This document shows positions 57,601-64,000 of a DNA stretch of 64,000 bases, one piece after another (positions within the stretch are counted from its first letter, which is position 1; every line of letters begins with the position of its first letter). Source of the stretch: Nemertoderma westbladi (taxonomy: Eukaryota > Animalia > Xenacoelomorpha); contig JAUCBJ010007673.1 in assembly GCA_032718475.1 (NCBI GenBank), forward strand, positions 1 to 64,000. Direction: 5' to 3'. The position numbers and the translations under genes are program-made. Below the pieces are notes generated by a model. That model saw nothing but the letters and a program-made list of their open reading frames with translations, was not told where the DNA came from and did not search any database.

Positions 57601-58690
57601 TGGTTGAGGTCTCCTTCAGGCCACCGCAGAAATCGTAGGCTATCTCGATCCCTATCCAGCGCCTTGACTTGTAAGAACATGCCTTCTATATCTGAGGCGA
57701 AAGCGATTGAATATTGTCTTAATCTTAAGAGTATTCCCAACAAGGATTGGAGTAAGTTGGGTCCGGGTAACAATTCGGAATTAAGGGATTGGCCCATATA
57801 GAGGGCAGAGCCGTCAAACACCACTCGTACCTCATGGGGTTTACCGGGTTTGGGAACGTAATGGTTAGTTAAATAATACGTTCTCTCAGTTATAGGTGTT
57901 TCTTCCGGTACTCGCTCCGCATATCCCTTGCTAATAAATTTCTTCAACTGCGTTTGATACATTTCTTTAGCTGAAGAATTTGCCGTAAGGCGTCGATGTA
58001 GTTGAGCAATTCTTTTCTCCGCCAAGGGTCTGTTGTTTATGAACTTTGGTTCTCGCTTTCGGAAAGGTAGACCGATCTCATATCTACCTTGATCTTTAAG
58101 AAAACGTGTAGTTGTCTCTTGGATCTGCTTGGCTCTTTCTTCCTCTACCGATAGGGCATTATCGTAGGAATTGGGCTCTACAGCCTCTTGAGTAAAGAAT
58201 CGTACGGCGTGTTCATCCCGAGTCTTGGCATTATAACGTTCAATGACGTCATTAAGTTCGTCATTATAGTCATCTCGTTCTGATGGACGGAGTAGCTGAC
58301 ATAAGTTCACTTGGTTTTGCCAAGTCTCGTTTTCCTTAAGGAGATCAATGGTATTCTCCTCATCGAAGAGTTGGTGGACATCGTCATTATCTGAGGAGTA
58401 TGGTGTTCCCTCAGTTGGATCGTCTAACTCACTGCTCTCAACTTCCCATTCTCTTACCTGATATACCTGATCTTTCGGTAATCTTTCCATGAGAGTTCTA
58501 CGGGAAGGGCCAGTAAAGTACCAACCCACTCTAGTTTTTCCCGCATAAGCTTGTAGTGGTTGCGGTTGAGCAGGCCGTTTCTCCAATGTCTCGAGCGCTT
58601 CATGCGCGTTTTGACAGATAAGTATTTGCACTCCAGGGTAATCGGTGTTGAATCTAGGTATTTCGAGCTGCTGGGTGAAATCGTCCTCAT
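54662..58690 (-). pseudogene. pol: BEL-3 pol (RT, RNase H, integrase) with an in-frame TAG at 56715-56717 and a frameshift near 54900
   Basis: IYMDD, LHVFGDAS, NPADIASRG, H..H..CIPC, GVDLFGP, SDKGTNF and GGSWERLI. The two long ORFs are in the same frame across the stop. Confidence 0.93.
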
Positions 58691-58691
58691 C

Positions 58692-61600
58692 CTAGTTATA
58701 AGGTTCCACTTGGCTGGTAGCGAAGTTCTTTATCGCCACCATTTTTACTGACCTTATACTATGTTCTCCTAGTTCATCCTGGGGGGTGGACAACGCACCT
58801 ACATAATAATCTGCGATTACTGTAGATTTCCAAACCTGCATAATTCCTGACATATTTAGTTTAGTTCGGAACTTGGGTTGTCCAGCAAAGATGTCTTCGG
58901 CTAGTTCTTTGTCGATGAATGTTCCTGTGCTACCGGAGTCAAGGAGGGCGTTCACTATATAACTCCTTTTAGGTCCGTGGACCCTTAACTGTACTACAGG
59001 AAATTCTCGGATTCCTACATTGGAAGTTGGCGCTTTCCAAGATGGTTGTCGATCAGAAGTAGTTAGGGTGAGGTCGCTGTCTGTGTCTTTTTCATACGTA
59101 AGTGCTCGATACACTGCGGTATTTATCATGTAACAGGATTCATCTTCGTCGGAGAATTCATCCGTATAGAATCCTTCCATCTCAGAACTTTGGTCAGTGT
59201 CGTTCACATCACTGAATTGGACATGTAGTTCGGAACTCCAATAACCATAGAACTCTGATATTCATGAGACTTACCTAACCAATCTAATTGTCTACAGATC
59301 TCTTGAATCTCATCGGAACTCTATTATCCCGCTGCTAATGAACTTTCGGGGCGCTACTAATTTTGCATACAAATATTTAGCTATGTTATTCCTATTACCA
59401 TACCTGATGTTTAGTGTATCCCAAACTTGTCTTAATCCATCTGGATGTCCAATAAACTTTAACGCCATTAACTTGGGAGATCCTTCCAAGCACTCGATGA
59501 GGAATCTAAGTTTCTCTCCATTAGATAGTACAGAGTTCTGTATGTTATCTTTGTAATATTCATTAAAAGGTAACCATTTCATCTCATCTCCATTGAACTT
59601 GACTATCTCTCCCACCTTTACCGCTTGACGGGCTTCGGTTCTAGCCATTTGACGCGTAAAACTTTCTTGGGCCATCGTGTTATTTAATATCGAGTTATCG
59701 GTATATAAATTTCTCGGATTATGATCAAGTCTATAGGGAATATCATTGTCAACAGGTTTATAATTACCCTTAATAGGGTTCACTATAGGAGTTTCTACTT
59801 CGCTAGCAGTATAGATGCGTGTAGGCTCCACACCTTGCGCATGAGATACTTCAGACCTAACAGGTTGACACATTGTTACCGGGGGTGGTGGTATACCCTT
59901 TTGTGTATTTACTAATTTATCACGTTCTAATGCGATACTTTGCTGCACTTCTTGCAACTCTAACCTACTTTCCCTTACTGTGCCCTTGAACTGCTTAACA
60001 GTCTCCTGCATCTGCCCGAGCAGGAGATCCATCCCCCGCCGTCTCTCATCCACCCACTCGACCGCCGAAGCGGGAGCCGCCAACGTTGTAGCGGGCAGAC
60101 GAGGGACAACGGGCGACAAATCATTAATATTTCGCTCGGAGTCCAGAACATGAACTGTCTCCTGGGCTGTTCTGCTGGGCACAGGTAGCTTAGTGCTATG
60201 CAAAGGGAATCTAGAGGTAGGTTCTGGGAGTACAGGTGTCTCTATCACCGAAGGGGTGGATTCGAGAACAGGCCCAATTATTTCAGGCTCATCTACTATA
60301 GTAGGGAGTCTGTCTATTTTAATAATTTGGTCTGTGGGTTCTGTACTACCTAAGTCTGTGCTAACTAGTTGTTTTAGAACAGCTGGGGGCAAATCAGGAA
60401 TTTCTGATGGTGGGACATTCTTCTACGTCTGCTGAGACGAGATCGATTTCCTCCACCTTCAGGATCTGTTGTATCGCCCTCATCTGATGATGTAAAACCC
60501 TGTCTCTTGGGAGTAGATCGACTCATCATCTGCATTTGACTAGCTGTTAACTGTTTATTTATGCAGTCCCAACTCTCCTGAATATCCTCCAACTCCAGGT
60601 GGGTGGTCTCTTCAGCTGCTCTTCGTTCTGCTTCTGCCAATGCTCGCTTTCTTTCTGCTTCTACTGCTGCCACTGCCGCTTTTCTATCTGATTCTGCCCG
60701 CTGCAGCTTTTGCCTCTGCCGCACTTCTTTCCGCTTCTACTGCTGCCACTGCCGCTTTTCTATCTGATTCTGCTGCTGCAGTTTTTGCCTCTGCCGCTCT
60801 TCTTTCCGCTTCTACTGATGCCACTGCCGCTTTTCTATCTGATTCTGCCGCTGCAGCTTTTGCCGCTGCCGCTCTTCTTTCCACTTCTGCCGCTTTTCTT
60901 TCTGCTTCTGCCTCTGCTGCTGCCGCTGCTGCTATCTTTCTGTCTTCTATACGTTTTTTCTTTACTTGTTCTTCTTGGACTCTAGTGATGCGGAGGCGTT
61001 CATCAAATTTAGCTTGGTTCGCAGCTCTCATATCCACATCGATTGCATCCAACACAAGCTTGGCTCCTTCACTATTAGGGCTAAGCCCCTCCAGCCTTCT
61101 CCTCAACTCTTCATCTCCTACAAAACGTTGATAGTCCGACAGATAGATGTCAATAGCATCCCTCTGATGCGGTTTCTCCACCGTCGCTTCACTTGAGAAA
61201 CTTTCCACTTGAGAAAATGTAGCGTCTGTGGATTCTCCATGGGTTGAGCGCTCAGCTACCTGAGATTTCCACGGGGCAGTTCTTTGAACTTGGAGACTCA
61301 CCCGCTGTAACCAAGTTTTTACGGCAACTTGCAACGACGTGTCCTGTTTTCTTTTCGAAGCCTCCTCAAAGGCCGATAGGATTAGTCTGATTCTTAGAAT
61401 TCTTTCTCGAACTTGATAAAGCAGCTCTCCCTGCTCTTGAGGTCCTTGTGATTGTCTAAACAATTGTTCTTCTAATCGCTCCATGGAGCTGAAGAATCTC
61501 TGTACGTATCCGGCTGCGGACCTCTTCCACACAGCTGGTTCGATGGTTTCCTTGGTTACTCCCATCCTGTGTATGTCTTCCCAGGCAGCTTCCGATAAAT

Positions 61601-62120
61601 CAAACGGGAGTCCGGGTCCGGGGAAGTTCCATTGCGACTCGACCATAGGCTTCAGTTCTTCCCTTGTGTATCCCGCATAACTATCCTTAGTCGATCGCTT
61701 ATTTCTCGCCCAATCAATCTGGTGTTCCTCCACCGCAATCAATAACCTAGTGAGTACGGCTGCAGGAAGGATGAGAAGGGGATCCGAATAAACCGCATCT
61801 GTCATCTTTGCTCCGTGCTCGGGTGTCAGCTCTACAGTATCCGCACTGCTGGAGCTGTCGGGCTGCTGAGAAATAAGTTCTCGGCTCGCGGGTAGTTGCT
61901 GTTCTGCTGCTTCTTGGTCCCGCTTGACCTGAGCTCGAGTGCCTATGATAGACCTACGATGTTGGACTAGCCTAGGGTCTGATATTACTACTAGAGGGAT
62001 GATCTTTCTTACAGTAGGAGGTGAGTTGAACTTCGGTCCCACACGTTCCACACTCCTGTCTGGGTCACATATGGTTGTATCTAGGAGACTGTCTGACAGG
62101 TTTTGCTTTGTGTCAGACAT
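58692..62120 (-). pseudogene. gag: BEL-3 gag-protease, frameshifted, with an approximately 0.7-kb deletion (junction near 59234) removing the zinc knuckles
   Basis: The pieces align to the BEL-1 1385-aa ORF; protease motif LLDSGS is retained. Confidence 0.9.
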
Positions 62121-64000
62121 GTTGGTTTGTACAGTTGCATGCCTACTGCTATATTACAGTTTAAGCAAGTCTAGTAATTCAGTATCACTGTTAGCCTAGT
62201 AATTAATTACCGATACTGCTACTCGGTGTAGCGTGATATATATATAATATATTAGAATACCGGTATGCTTATAGTATATATAAGTATTATTACAGACTAA
62301 GTTTGTCACAGAATACCGGTAGGTAATTTCAGCACGAATATATATAAATATATAATAGGCCTATCGTGAATACCGGTATACAGCTTACACTTATAGTATA
62401 TATAAGTATAATTATGAACTAGAATTAATTACAGAATACCGGTATAATTTCAGCCTAAATTTATAGATATATAATAGGCCTATCGTGAATACCGGTATAC
62501 AGCTTACACTTATAGTATATATATAAGTATAATTACAGACTAGAATTGATTACAGAATACCGGTATGATTTCAGCCTAAATTTATAGAAATAAATATAAT
62601 AAGCCTATGGTGAATACCGGTATGTCAATTATTTTATAATAATTGACTTTCTGAATTTTAGGGTTACTTGGTTACTTTAACTTACTTTATTACCGTTATT
62701 TAAGCAGTAGTCCAACTGATATTTAGACCTAATTGTTGTATGGCAGGCCTACTATTTATAAATCGTTTGAGTTGATTTATAATATATATACCCGTTAAAA
62801 TGGGTCTTTGTCAATATTTGAAATAAATGTTATTATTTCCGGGGGGAGTCACTACACAGCGGTGCGCTCTCAGTGAAGTGCTACTTGTTGGACACTAAAA
62901 CAAATAATTCTAATTTACCTAAGTTACTTAATACTACAAATTACGTACAATTCGGGGTGAGATTACAATCTCTAAATAAACACAAAAATTTACAAGTACG
63001 AATTTTTAGGGTAATTTTACAAGAAGTCTACTAACCAGCCTAACAAAGGGTTAGAATATCTGGTTATTACAACGGACAGGGTACTATGGTATTTTGAAAA
63101 TAATAAGTAGTAGTAAATATACTGCATTGTCCAGATAGGAAAATACCACCGTCTGACGACTTATAGCCGTATCGCTATAAGTACTACGTTATGTATCACG
63201 GAGTGTTCCTACCTAGAAGTTAATTACCGCGGTCTACCAGAACCAACGTGCCTATTAACCACTTTACAACACAAATATACTGCCTACACACTAATTGCTT
63301 TCGGAAAGCACTGTACACTAAACCCTAAATTAGGTACAAGTACTTATACAACAAATAATCAGTAGTTAGAAATACTTGTACAGCCAAAAGAACCACGGTA
63401 TCTGCTGGAGTGACCGGGGCACAAAATCACCAGTCTTTACCTACGCCAAGCAGCCCTGATGTAGTACCGGGGTTAATTTAACTATAACGGTATATATAAC
63501 AAGCACAATTACTGTAGGAATAAACTTGGGGATATGAATGTTGCGAATAATCGCATAAACTCTGAATAATAAATATTACGCTACGCGTACAGACTACTCA
63601 AACAAAATGCAGACCAAATACTGACAGACTACTATCAAGCCTAAACAAACTACGGTATATGCAGACTCCAAAATGGTTAGTTAGTATGCGTTCTAACCCA
63701 GTAGTACGACTTATTCTTTCGAGGGGGTTTACCTCACAGCTCTGGAAGCCCCTACATTCCCAACTGGCACTTTATCGGACATACACTCTACACACACCGA
63801 AATCTCTTCAGACCTAACAACAGCCAGACAAAATCCAGCCTACAAATTATCTAAATAAGAAATATTACGCTACCCGTACAGACTACACAAACAGAGTACA
63901 GACTAAACGCTGGCAGACTACTATCAAGCCTAAATACACTACAGTATATGCAGACTCCGAAATGGTTAGTTAGTATGCGTTCTAACCGAGTAGTACAACT

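Larger units (their letters stand above)
47463..64000 (-). mobile_element. BEL-3: decayed Bel/Pao LTR retrotransposon related to BEL-1; 5' LTR lies beyond the right edge
   Basis: Colinear with BEL-1 in leader, gag, spacer, ORF3 and LTR, and retains RT/RH/IN. Multiple frameshifts and a stop. Confidence 0.95.

Noticed and set aside
54662-62120. BEL-3 as the current trans helper for BEL-1, or programmed readthrough at the 56715 TAG
   Set aside because: BEL-3 has several frameshifts and a gag deletion upstream, its LTR is clearly diverged from BEL-1, and the stop lies inside RNase H. This fits ordinary decay.

Overview
AT-rich animal (invertebrate-like) genomic DNA. A spliced minus-strand peptidylglycine alpha-hydroxylating monooxygenase (PHM)-like gene has six exons here (42476-42372, 6063-5915, 5519-5244, 4819-4755, 4628-4494, 3868-3739) and continues off the left edge. 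Its last visible exon end and splice donor have been amplified into a 49-bp tandem array of at least 3.7 kb. Its 36-kb first intron holds nested mobile elements: a non-autonomous Bel/Pao LTR element (BEL-1, 7262-19252) and a Helentron/DINE-like element containing a second Bel/Pao element (BEL-2, 20476-41522), which itself carries two further insertions. A decayed BEL-1 relative (BEL-3, minus strand) runs from 47463 off the right edge. Main candidate new system: these Bel/Pao elements have no canonical tRNA primer-binding site. Instead, the 11 nt abutting the 5' LTR are exactly complementary to an 11-mer inside their own LTR, with different sequences in two families, suggesting self-priming. 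They also carry a large extra ORF after pol encoding a DEDDy-like 3'-5' exonuclease with zinc knuckles. BEL-2 further has TA...TA LTR termini, a tRNA-like Pol III cassette in its LTRs and a dispersed 20-nt hairpin motif. All coordinates and alignments were read by eye; no database searches were run.
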